Of a stretch of DNA of 64,000 nt, positions 54,918-64,000 are shown piece after piece. Location of the stretch: the NCBI GenBank assembly GCA_020184695.1, contig JAANOX010000095.1, forward strand, positions 1-64,000, given 5' to 3'. The notes beneath the pieces were generated by a model. That model saw only the letters and a list, made by a program, of their open reading frames with translations, made no database searches and was not told where the DNA came from. Source of the DNA: Histomonas meleagridis 2922-C6/04-290x (Eukaryota > Protista > Parabasalia). Every line of letters starts with the position of its first letter. Position 1 is the first letter of the stretch. A program made the translations under genes and the position numbers.

Positions 54918-55460
54918 ATGTTTGGAACAGCCAGCACAGAGAACAAAAGTCCAAGCTTTTCATTCGGCGGCTTTGGCCTTTCATCCTTCAACGTATTTAG
55001 AAAAACAACAAACAATGAAAACTCAGAGAACAATCATTCAGGCTTTTCTTTTGGCGGCCCCAATTCTGCTCTTAGGCTACAAAAAGACAATGAGCCCAAT
55101 TCTACCACTACTTCCAGTTCTGTCAAACCTAGCACATCTGATGTTAATAATTCACCAAGCGCAAATCTTGCATCCGTTGGGATTTCTGCTGATTTAGAAG
55201 AAGAAGAAGAAGATCAAATGCAACTTCCAAATGGAGGAAGTGTTAACATAGTATGTTATACATTTCCATTATGTTCTTTGCCTCCTTTTGGTGGTTGCAT
55301 GCCATCCATGTACCAATATCCGTCACCTTATGGAATGCCGTTTTTCCCACAATATATGCCATATTATCCACAAATGCAAATGCCGTATTATCCACAAATG
55401 CAAATGCCATATTATCCGCAGATGATGCCGGTACAAGTTAGTTCAAATCAAAAAAACTAA
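54918..55460 (+). CDS. Low-complexity protein with FSFGG motifs and YYPQMQMP repeats
   Basis: 180-aa ATG ORF; 24-bp coding repeat x3 near 55360-55430. Confidence 0.7.
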   Translation: MFGTASTENKSPSFSFGGFGLSSFNVFRKTTNNENSENNHSGFSFGGPNSALRLQKDNEPNSTTTSSSVKPSTSDVNNSPSANLASVGISADLEEEEEDQMQLPNGGSVNIVCYTFPLCSLPPFGGCMPSMYQYPSPYGMPFFPQYMPYYPQMQMPYYPQMQMPYYPQMMPVQVSSNQKN

Positions 55461-55929
55461 AAAATTGCAATTTTTTTTTGTGGACTCGATTACAGTTGTA
55501 ATGCATTAATCAGTGCATTTCACTTAAATTCTGATTTAATCATTAAGTATGACATAACCAACAAACAAATGGTGTTATGCAAAAAGTGCTGTTTTAACGT
55601 TTTTTTAAAAAACAATTTGTACTTTATCATTAAGAACATGATTTCCACTCGATGTAAGATTACAATTTTATAGTCTTATTATACCATTCAATAAAGCATA
55701 AATAAAATTGAATTCCAAAAATTTAATGTTATTTTCTTATCAAACATATCATCTTGATCTAAAATCAATTTTTCAGATTATGGATTGGACTTTCACTTTG
55801 ATAAATAATTTGGAAAGACATCACATCGTATGACTAATGTGATTTTCAGAGAAAATTGCTGAGTAGCAAAAATTTTAAAAATAAAATCTTTCTCCAAAAA
55901 ATTACGGCTAAAAACAAACTTTATTAAAA

Positions 55930-56664
55930 TTATTGCAGAACATCAACTTCAGCTTCGAGGGTTTCGCATTTTTCTTTGTACGCAGCTTCTTTTTTCTTGT
56001 ATGCCCCAATAACTTTCTTCATTTTATCTTTTAGTTTGATTCTTGACTCAGTAGCTTCATTTAGTGTTGATTGAGCTTCTTCTATTTGAAGTTTAAGTTC
56101 ATCGATTTCGTCATTTGTTTGTTGCAATTTCTTATCGAGATATTCCTTCATTCGGATTGCATTCTTTTCATTTTCTAACTCTGTGTCAATTATGCTCTGT
56201 GCTTCCTTCTCTGCATTTACTGCATTTTCTGAATTTTGTTGATTATCAAGAACAGTTAAAATAAACTGGATAGCTCTTTGAATAACTTTAGAATCATCTG
56301 CAGAGTCTTGTAAAATCTTTCGAATCTTTGTTAGTTTTTCTTCTTGAATTTCAACTGATAGGGATACTGCTTTGTTGAATGTGGATTTAAGATTTTCACC
56401 TCTTCTCTTTTCTTTATTCAGTTCCTCATATAATTTTGATTGTTTTAGTTGGAGCTTTTTAATTTTATTTTCTATGTTATCATCAACATATTCAGGAACT
56501 TCAAGTGGAGGTTCAAGATTATCTTGTTTACGAAGTTCAATGTATGTGTCAAGGGAAGTTATTGCAACCCCTTGTGGGCTACCAAGAGGAATAAATTCTG
56601 CTGGTTTTATATCATCCATTAATATGTCACTTTTGGCAATAACTAAACGTCCGCCTAACGGCAT
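55930..56664 (-). CDS. Hypothetical coiled-coil protein
   Basis: 244-aa ATG ORF. Confidence 0.75.
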   Translation of the reverse strand: MPLGGRLVIAKSDILMDDIKPAEFIPLGSPQGVAITSLDTYIELRKQDNLEPPLEVPEYVDDNIENKIKKLQLKQSKLYEELNKEKRRGENLKSTFNKAVSLSVEIQEEKLTKIRKILQDSADDSKVIQRAIQFILTVLDNQQNSENAVNAEKEAQSIIDTELENEKNAIRMKEYLDKKLQQTNDEIDELKLQIEEAQSTLNEATESRIKLKDKMKKVIGAYKKKEAAYKEKCETLEAEVDVLQ

Positions 56665-56722
56665 TTTTGATTATTTTTGCGGTTATTGTCAAAAAAAATT
56701 TAACGGTTGTAACAGGAAAGTT

Positions 56723-57403
56723 ATGAACGAAAAAGAAACTCCTCCACCTCTTGTTGGATGGTATGTATATTCTATTACTCAAACTGACGCCAAGAAATCA
56801 AAGCAAACATTAAGGTGGGCAAGAGTAAATGGATTTTGGCTTGAAATGTCTTCTAATCCAAAGGATCTTCCTAACATTTCAATACATCTCGGATTTACAA
56901 ACTTTAAACCTTCTATGGAAGCTAATGGTGATGCTAATGCACTTGAACTCAAAACATACTCTTTTGCAGGTGAATTTGAAATGAAGATAACAACAAATAA
57001 TAGATTTGATATCCTTGATCTAAATCAAGCTCTTGTACAAGGAAAGGAATGCTGGAAACAATGTCTTGAAAATGGTATTAAACAAACATCATATGAATCT
57101 TCATTCAAAGATAAGAAGAATAGTTTTCTTGGAGGCAAGAACATAGAATGTTCAATTTCACCAGAAGGATTCAAAACATCGCGGTCAGCAACAGAAAGTA
57201 CACAATATTCATTTAATCAGATTTTGTTTATAAGACCTTTACCATTTGATTCTAGACACGGAGCTTGCTTTGAAATGGCTGTGAACAATGGAAAAGCAAA
57301 GGTAGAAATGTTATATCAATGTCATGATCATGCAGAGATGGAGAAATTTTTAATGATCTTTCTTTATCATTTATCAAAACAAGAAGGCTTACAACAACAA
57401 TGA
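56723..57403 (+). CDS. Tandem PH-like domain protein
   Basis: ATG at 56723; GWYVY...RWARVNGFWLEM...ALELK...DLNQAL pattern; divergent from the 56664 gene by 58 nt. Confidence 0.6.
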   Translation: MNEKETPPPLVGWYVYSITQTDAKKSKQTLRWARVNGFWLEMSSNPKDLPNISIHLGFTNFKPSMEANGDANALELKTYSFAGEFEMKITTNNRFDILDLNQALVQGKECWKQCLENGIKQTSYESSFKDKKNSFLGGKNIECSISPEGFKTSRSATESTQYSFNQILFIRPLPFDSRHGACFEMAVNNGKAKVEMLYQCHDHAEMEKFLMIFLYHLSKQEGLQQQ

Positions 57404-57506
57404 ATGCTTTTCTATAAACAAATCCTAAATAGATGTAAAATTAATTTTTTATGTTTGAGAAATTTACTTGAAATGACACTTTTTTGTAAAAAAAATACGT
57501 TTTATA

Positions 57507-60500
57507 ATGCTGGAGGATGAATTCGTTAATTCTGATCATTATAAAGAATATATAAATTCGATACTACAAGGAATTCAAGAGCAATTTGATTCTAATATAA
57601 ATCCATCTGAGGAAATTCCTACAAATTATGAAGAACTTAAAGAGAAATGTATTTCTTTTATTGATAAACATTGTACTTTACAAACAATTTCTCCTTTACA
57701 AGCTCTTGCTCGTCGCAAACCATTTTTATCTCCACTTCAAAAAGTTACTAATGACTTTATTTTGAAATATAAAGATCAATTGATCAAAGAAATAAAAATC
57801 CAAAAATTTCGCGAACTTATCATTAACACACAAGCAGTTGAGGACTTTTCACAAGAAAATATCCAAGAACAATGTAATAATAAATTCAAAGAGTATCAAC
57901 AAGAAATCGAACCATTTTCATTAATTTCAGAAAGCGAGCTTACAGGAATGTGTCTTTCACATATTTATGAACAATCTGAACATTTTTTACTCATTAAAAT
58001 AATTTCCGAATATATTCATTATCTTCCATTTTCTCATATACCCGAAACAACATCCAGCTTTATTCAACTCATATCCACCAGTCATCCTGATACTTTTACA
58101 GATTCACAAAAATCCAATTTTAACTGTCAACCTCCATTATTTCTTACTAAAAATGAAGAACTTGACTCAGAGATACAAAAACTTTCAACCAAATTCTCAA
58201 TTGATAATAGTCAATCACAAAATGAAATGTTCAATAGCATTCACAAACTTTTTATTTCATCATTACCTAAATCCATTTCATGGAATAATATTTATATTGA
58301 TGAACGTATTGATGATTCCACGTCAACAAATTTGCCACTTAAACTTTTTTTGTCAATTGCACATATCAAATTGTCAACATCAATAATAAGTTATATACCA
58401 CAACATCGTCAAATACATTTTATTTCTTCATTTTTAAGTTCATTTGATGACAAAATCGATGAAATTTTATATGGCGAAGAATCATTTTTACATATTTCTA
58501 ATCTACAAATTATTACACAACGTATTAATAACAATGAAAACATACCAAAACAAAATGTAATTTCTAAATTAAAATACTTAAAAACTCAAGAATTACGACA
58601 AATGATTATTTCGATAAATAATTTATTTGTAAACATATTAAAGAACATTAAAAATGATTTAAAAGGAATTAAATCGGAAAATTGTTTAATAAATTCCGAA
58701 TTATTCATTGAACGGAATAATATTATTCAAATTGAACAATTTCCAAATTGTTATATTATTAAAAACAATATAACGAAACAAAATATTATTTATAAAGAAA
58801 CAATTGAACTTATGGAAAACATACAAAAAAATTTATTAAATTTCGGAAGTTATTATATACGAAAATGGGAAAAAGAATTTGGAAATCAAATAGATCGTAA
58901 AACATTACTTGAAGATTTATATGAATTAGAATATAAATATGAAAATATAAAACGGAAATTAATTGAACAAATTTATGAAATATATAATGACACAAAAGAT
59001 TATAAAAATTGCAAAAAAATTTATAAATTAATTCGTTATATAATATTATTAAGGCCGATTATTTCATTAAATTTATATGATTATATAAGGATTCCATTTG
59101 AAATTAACATCAAAATATTAGAATTCCAATATAATATAATAAAATCAAAGTTTATTAACTCAATTAATGATATAATTTTAATATATAAAGAAGTAAAGAA
59201 TATTATATCAATTATAACATTAAAGCAAAATACAATTAATATTGATTCAATGATTAATATAGAATATATCATATGGAATTACATTAATTCATTTTTCGAT
59301 AAAATTAATTCTTTAAAAACAATTCAACTTTCGGAAATATTTAATGAAATTAATTTATCCGAAAAAGTAAAAACAATTTTAAATGTAAAATTACCAATGG
59401 AATTAAATCAAATACAATATAATGTTAAATTACAAAACATTAAATTCGAATTAATGAAATCAATTATTATATATAATACATATAAATCACAAAATTTATG
59501 TTATAATGATAATAAAAACTTAAATTTGAAACATCATTTAAGTAAAACTTTGTTTGATGAATTAAATAAAAATGAAGAACAAATTCCAAACGATTTCATT
59601 TTGGCAATTGATGAAGTTAAAACATTAAACTTCGACATAAATAATATAAATGAATTTGAATTCGATTCAATAATTAAACTTCAACAAGTCGAATCTTTAT
59701 TATTGGATTCGATTGTAAATTATAATTTTTTAATTATCGAATTAAAATCACGTAATAATATTATCAACAAATTAAATATAAAACATGAAAATATTCCAAA
59801 AATTTATATGAAATATTTCGATCAAAATTTAATTGAAACGTTAATTAACGAAAAGAAATTTCTTTTATTTCAAGACTTACTTCAAGCGAAAGTTAATATT
59901 CGTGATTCAATGAACATTACAAACATTAATAAGAACTCGAAATTTAATGAATTAATAATCGTACAACAACAACAAACAAATATTTATATACAATTTCTAC
60001 AAAACAAAACGCAATTAATTGATGTAATTAAATGTTTAAATGTATTTAATGATGGAATTAATATCAAAATTCCAACTTTAAAAGAATGTTTATTAATGAT
60101 TGATGAAATTCAACCTTCATTAAGACAAGAGAAAGTTCGGCAATATTTAGAGTTTTATTCATTAATATTATCTTATGGATTTTTATCTTATCATATTTCG
60201 AACTTATCAAAAAATTTGAAGAAAATTCATAAAAATCATTTGAAACTTAAATTTGATGCTCCTTTATTAATAGATATATTAACAAATACTCAAAACATAT
60301 CAAATGAAACACAAAAAATTCAAATTGTTCGAATTAATGTAATAAATTTATTATTACAAATCGAAATCAGTTGTTTAGAAAATGGAATAAAATTCGGAAA
60401 AACAAAATATTTAAATTATAATAAAAATATTAATTTTAATATAATTAAAACAATAGAAAATGAATTAAATGATTTAATAAGGTTAAACATTTCGATCGAT

Positions 60501-62327
60501 AACTTCTTTTATTTGTTCTTATGGAAATTTAATGATGACCAAAGAAATGTTTTTAAAAAAGAAATCGAAAAATTGGAAGATAATGATCAATTAAATGAAC
60601 GTTTCCAATATATTAAACAAAAAATTTTATTAATTAAATTAATCTCAAAGCCATTTTTCTCATTTAATGATAAAAAATATAAATTTCCTTCGCCTTTTAA
60701 TCATTATTTATTGATTATTGATAATGTTTTAAAAGAAAATCATAAAAAAATTAAATTTATTTTGATTAATTTAATGATACAAAAATTCATTAATAGTAAT
60801 AATAAAAATATTCAAAAGAAAAATTATAATAATGAAAACACAAATGAATTTGTTAATGAAAAATTACCATTTTTAGCCGATGTTGATGAAATATTAAAAC
60901 AAGATCTAAAACAAGGTGAAATTCACCCGTTTTTAGAGCAATTAATTGAATTTATTCAATTGCACTCAAAAAGTGAATCAAAAGATGAAATTGAAATTTC
61001 AGATTTTCATTTGAATCAGGGATTAATTCAATTTTCACAGTCAATTGAAAACTTGTTTAACACGACACTTTTCGAAAGTCAAAATTCATTTCAAAAATTG
61101 TATTCAATTTTATATGAAACGAATCAAAAATTTGAAAAAGTTTTCCAACAAAAAATCGAAGAAATTAATAATGAAATCAAAACTTATGGTCGAAAGTTAC
61201 AAACATCATTAGCAGATCGTTCAAATAACATTGAATATGAAATTAATCTTTTACAAGAAACATTAAAATCAACAAAATTTAATAAAGAAGAACGTGAAAA
61301 ACAAATCCGACGAAAACTTCGTGATGAATATTCACCACAAGTCTATGAATTATCATTACAATTATTTTCATTGAAGCAAAATTTAGAGAATTACAAGAAA
61401 AGTTTACGACAAGAAATCGAAAGTAAAATGTTCGAAATCAAAAAGCAATCAATATCGCAACTATTACAATCCACAAATATTCCTGAAGAGATCAAAGAAT
61501 CGATGAAAAAGGCATTTGAAAACGATGATAACATTCATCAATTGATGACGCAACGCTCCGAACTTTCGACTGCTGTTTACAAACTCAAGTCGATTCGTTT
61601 GTTACAAGAGATATCTACACGAAATGAATATCAAATGAAGCTGAAGAAAATCGAAGAGCAAAGAGAACAAATCAAAGAAGAGATCAATGAATTTAACAAC
61701 GAAAAAGTCATTAAAGAAAACGCATTTAAAGAACAATATCAAATCGTAATGAAGAATGTAAACATTGCAAAGAAAGAAGTCGAAAAACTTAAGCGAGAAT
61801 TAGAACTAGAAAACCAAAACAAGATAAAATTAACTGATTGGAAAAGGAAACATGAAAATAAAGTTTCAATACTCGAGAAAAAACTGAAAAAATTGGAAAA
61901 ATGGTCAAAATTTAATCCCGATAAACTAATGTTCGAATTGAGTACTTTACAGAGGGAAATTGAATTGAAAAGAAAAACAAAAGAAAGGGCACCCGAACTG
62001 TTGGAGAAAACAAAGAACAGCATAAATAAGGAATTGAGCCGATGCAAGAAGCAATTGAAAATTCACGAGTCATTGAAAAATGAATACGAACGATTGGCGA
62101 ACGTTAAGCCAAGTCAAACAATTGTTGATGCGGATTTTGTGCAAAATGAAAATTTGGAGGACCTAATGGAGGAGAACAAGAAACTGAAAGAAGAAAATGA
62201 AAAACTACAGCAGAAATTGGCGGAGTTGAATTTGCAAATTGCTGCAGTATCAGAAATAACAGTCGGAAGTAAAACAAAAATAGGTGGATTGAAGTTAAAG
62301 GCTTCACGACTTGATGGGACTTTGTAA
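57507..62327 (+). CDS. 1606-aa hypothetical protein with C-terminal coiled coil (weak CCDC162-like resemblance)
   Basis: 4.8-kb stop-free frame despite very high AT content. Confidence 0.8.
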   Translation: MLEDEFVNSDHYKEYINSILQGIQEQFDSNINPSEEIPTNYEELKEKCISFIDKHCTLQTISPLQALARRKPFLSPLQKVTNDFILKYKDQLIKEIKIQKFRELIINTQAVEDFSQENIQEQCNNKFKEYQQEIEPFSLISESELTGMCLSHIYEQSEHFLLIKIISEYIHYLPFSHIPETTSSFIQLISTSHPDTFTDSQKSNFNCQPPLFLTKNEELDSEIQKLSTKFSIDNSQSQNEMFNSIHKLFISSLPKSISWNNIYIDERIDDSTSTNLPLKLFLSIAHIKLSTSIISYIPQHRQIHFISSFLSSFDDKIDEILYGEESFLHISNLQIITQRINNNENIPKQNVISKLKYLKTQELRQMIISINNLFVNILKNIKNDLKGIKSENCLINSELFIERNNIIQIEQFPNCYIIKNNITKQNIIYKETIELMENIQKNLLNFGSYYIRKWEKEFGNQIDRKTLLEDLYELEYKYENIKRKLIEQIYEIYNDTKDYKNCKKIYKLIRYIILLRPIISLNLYDYIRIPFEINIKILEFQYNIIKSKFINSINDIILIYKEVKNIISIITLKQNTINIDSMINIEYIIWNYINSFFDKINSLKTIQLSEIFNEINLSEKVKTILNVKLPMELNQIQYNVKLQNIKFELMKSIIIYNTYKSQNLCYNDNKNLNLKHHLSKTLFDELNKNEEQIPNDFILAIDEVKTLNFDINNINEFEFDSIIKLQQVESLLLDSIVNYNFLIIELKSRNNIINKLNIKHENIPKIYMKYFDQNLIETLINEKKFLLFQDLLQAKVNIRDSMNITNINKNSKFNELIIVQQQQTNIYIQFLQNKTQLIDVIKCLNVFNDGINIKIPTLKECLLMIDEIQPSLRQEKVRQYLEFYSLILSYGFLSYHISNLSKNLKKIHKNHLKLKFDAPLLIDILTNTQNISNETQKIQIVRINVINLLLQIEISCLENGIKFGKTKYLNYNKNINFNIIKTIENELNDLIRLNISIDNFFYLFLWKFNDDQRNVFKKEIEKLEDNDQLNERFQYIKQKILLIKLISKPFFSFNDKKYKFPSPFNHYLLIIDNVLKENHKKIKFILINLMIQKFINSNNKNIQKKNYNNENTNEFVNEKLPFLADVDEILKQDLKQGEIHPFLEQLIEFIQLHSKSESKDEIEISDFHLNQGLIQFSQSIENLFNTTLFESQNSFQKLYSILYETNQKFEKVFQQKIEEINNEIKTYGRKLQTSLADRSNNIEYEINLLQETLKSTKFNKEEREKQIRRKLRDEYSPQVYELSLQLFSLKQNLENYKKSLRQEIESKMFEIKKQSISQLLQSTNIPEEIKESMKKAFENDDNIHQLMTQRSELSTAVYKLKSIRLLQEISTRNEYQMKLKKIEEQREQIKEEINEFNNEKVIKENAFKEQYQIVMKNVNIAKKEVEKLKRELELENQNKIKLTDWKRKHENKVSILEKKLKKLEKWSKFNPDKLMFELSTLQREIELKRKTKERAPELLEKTKNSINKELSRCKKQLKIHESLKNEYERLANVKPSQTIVDADFVQNENLEDLMEENKKLKEENEKLQQKLAELNLQIAAVSEITVGSKTKIGGLKLKASRLDGTL

Positions 62328-62820
62328 ATATATTTTTGTAATGTATTGTAATAAAAATTAATTTCGACATATTTTTAATTTCATAATACCAAAAGAGATG
62401 AAAGGACCTATTGAAAATCAAATTAATACACCTTGAAAAACAATAATAGAAGTATATTAATTGGGGAGTGTTGCCTTTGAATGTGTCTATATGCAATTAC
62501 TAAATTTAAAAAAAAAAAAAATGAAATTATTTATATAAGGGACAAAAAGTAATAAGCCCATATTTTGATGAATAAAAAATAAAAATTATTTTTGTTTATT
62601 GAGATGGATTCTCCTCCCATTTGTGTGTAATAATTCGTATTAATCTTTTTTCCCAATTCCTATAAACTGATTGAGATATCTCGTTCCATATGTCAAATAA
62701 TACGTTATTTCCACAAATATCTTTCCATTTTACTTGTTTTCACAATATTACTAATTTACATCATATGAACATGTTTTTCTTTTTAAATAATTATGAAAAA
62801 ATTATAATTCAAACAAATAT

Positions 62821-63933
62821 TTATTCAGTTTTAGGTTCCGATTTGTTTAATATTTTTTGTATTGATTCAGCGATTTCCTTTGTCATTTGCAGCTTATTCC
62901 CAGCTAATTTCATCAAAAGACTCACGTCGTCCTTCAAACATTGGTTTTCTCTTTGGTATTTCAATATTTCCGCAGTGCTTTCGAGTGCTTCCGCATATCT
63001 TTTCTCCTCGAACAGCGCCTCTGCTTTTCTGGACAGCAGCCTCACTTTCATCATTGCGACGTCAGCAGTTAAAATCGGCTCTTGAATAAGAGCTAAAGCT
63101 TCGTCACAATCATTTAATGCTAATTTTGGAAGTCCGATTTTTAGTCTCGATGCAGCTCGATTACTAAACGCAGCAACAAATTGTCGATCGCTGCCATTGA
63201 TCGCTTCTGTATAAGCATTAATGGCAGACTTAAAATCCCCGTTTTTGTAAAATACGTCGCCTTGCTGCTTCATCCAGAGTGGTGACGCATCGCCTTTTTT
63301 GGGTACAATGAAATTACGATTTGGTCCTTCATAACGTGCAGGTACAGATTTCATGGTGGGAGTATGAACCATTTGGACAACTTGGGCGCTTCGGGTGGGT
63401 GCTATGGTGGCAGGCTCGTAAAGTGGTTTATTTTTTAATTCTTGGGAACTATTATCTCCATGAATTCGTGAATAGGCATATTGCTTGTCTTCTTCTTGGG
63501 CTGCTTTAAGCGCATCTCGTTGCTCTTTTTCAAGCTCCCATGCGCGTTGCATGGCTTCTTTCTCTGCATTTTCTTTAGAAATTCGTTCTGATTCGATTCG
63601 TGCCCTTTCTGATTCTACAAGGCGTTGAAATGATTCTTCTCTTCGTTGTTTGAGCTCATCTTTGGGAAATGACCAGGGATAGGTTGGCCATTTTTGTGGT
63701 GATTCTTTTTTGATTCGAACCATAAGGTCATTTGATTTGGCTGTTGCACATATGTTTTTAGGTGATACAAGTTCAGGAAAATCAATTATTAAAAAGTATG
63801 GTGAAAGATTAAATTTTGCATAAAGATCAGCAACAACAAGATCGCATTTGGATGCACTTCTACCTTTGAGGGTAACTGAAATTACAACTGTATCATCGAG
63901 ATCTTCAATTTGAAATTCTGGTTCAATACTCAT
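62821..63933 (-). CDS. DNAAF4: Dynein axonemal assembly factor 4 (DYX1C1)-like
   Basis: N-terminal CS/p23 domain (VISVTLKG...DLYAKFNLSPYFLIIDF), charged coiled coil, C-terminal TPRs (WMKQQGDVFYKNGDF...FSNRAASRLKIG). Confidence 0.9.
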   Translation of the reverse strand: MSIEPEFQIEDLDDTVVISVTLKGRSASKCDLVVADLYAKFNLSPYFLIIDFPELVSPKNICATAKSNDLMVRIKKESPQKWPTYPWSFPKDELKQRREESFQRLVESERARIESERISKENAEKEAMQRAWELEKEQRDALKAAQEEDKQYAYSRIHGDNSSQELKNKPLYEPATIAPTRSAQVVQMVHTPTMKSVPARYEGPNRNFIVPKKGDASPLWMKQQGDVFYKNGDFKSAINAYTEAINGSDRQFVAAFSNRAASRLKIGLPKLALNDCDEALALIQEPILTADVAMMKVRLLSRKAEALFEEKRYAEALESTAEILKYQRENQCLKDDVSLLMKLAGNKLQMTKEIAESIQKILNKSEPKTE

Positions 63934-64000
63934 TAAAAAACACGTTAAAAGTATCTATCGTCCAAATAAACCGTTATCTTTGATCGGCAAATGATAAGTT

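Noticed and set aside
56372-56722. N-terminal 117 codons of the ORF called 56372-57403
   Set aside because: Antisense overlap with the 55930-56664 gene; the real start is more likely the ATG at 56723.

Overview
AT-rich, gene-dense, essentially intron-free eukaryotic DNA. The gene content (DUF3447-type ankyrin paralogues, a BspA-like LRR relic, R2R3 Myb, flagellar CFAP91 and DNAAF4, M18 aminopeptidase, MULE, pogo and mariner relics) points to a parabasalid such as Trichomonas, Tritrichomonas or Histomonas; this is an inference. The window holds about 30 protein genes, one tRNA-Phe(GAA), a nested transposon graveyard in the first 4.2 kb, a mini-mariner and several microsatellites. Main result: the ankyrin regions that look like broken pseudogenes are precisely punctuated. 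In the gene at 44419-47975 (+), every ankyrin beta-turn linker is built from single codons separated by AT-rich spacers of exactly 17 nt with no GT-AG ends (58 spacers). Deleting them by hand gives one uninterrupted 856-aa ORF with textbook D-x-x-G-x-T-A-L turns. A paralogue at 27701-29463 (-) has 10 more spacers obeying the same rule and yields 530 aa. This suggests an undescribed processing or recoding system (tiny non-canonical introns around 3-nt micro-exons, or an equivalent RNA, DNA or ribosome-level excision) acting on the target-binding residues of ankyrin repeats. No expression data or database searches were available, so the mechanism and novelty are untested.
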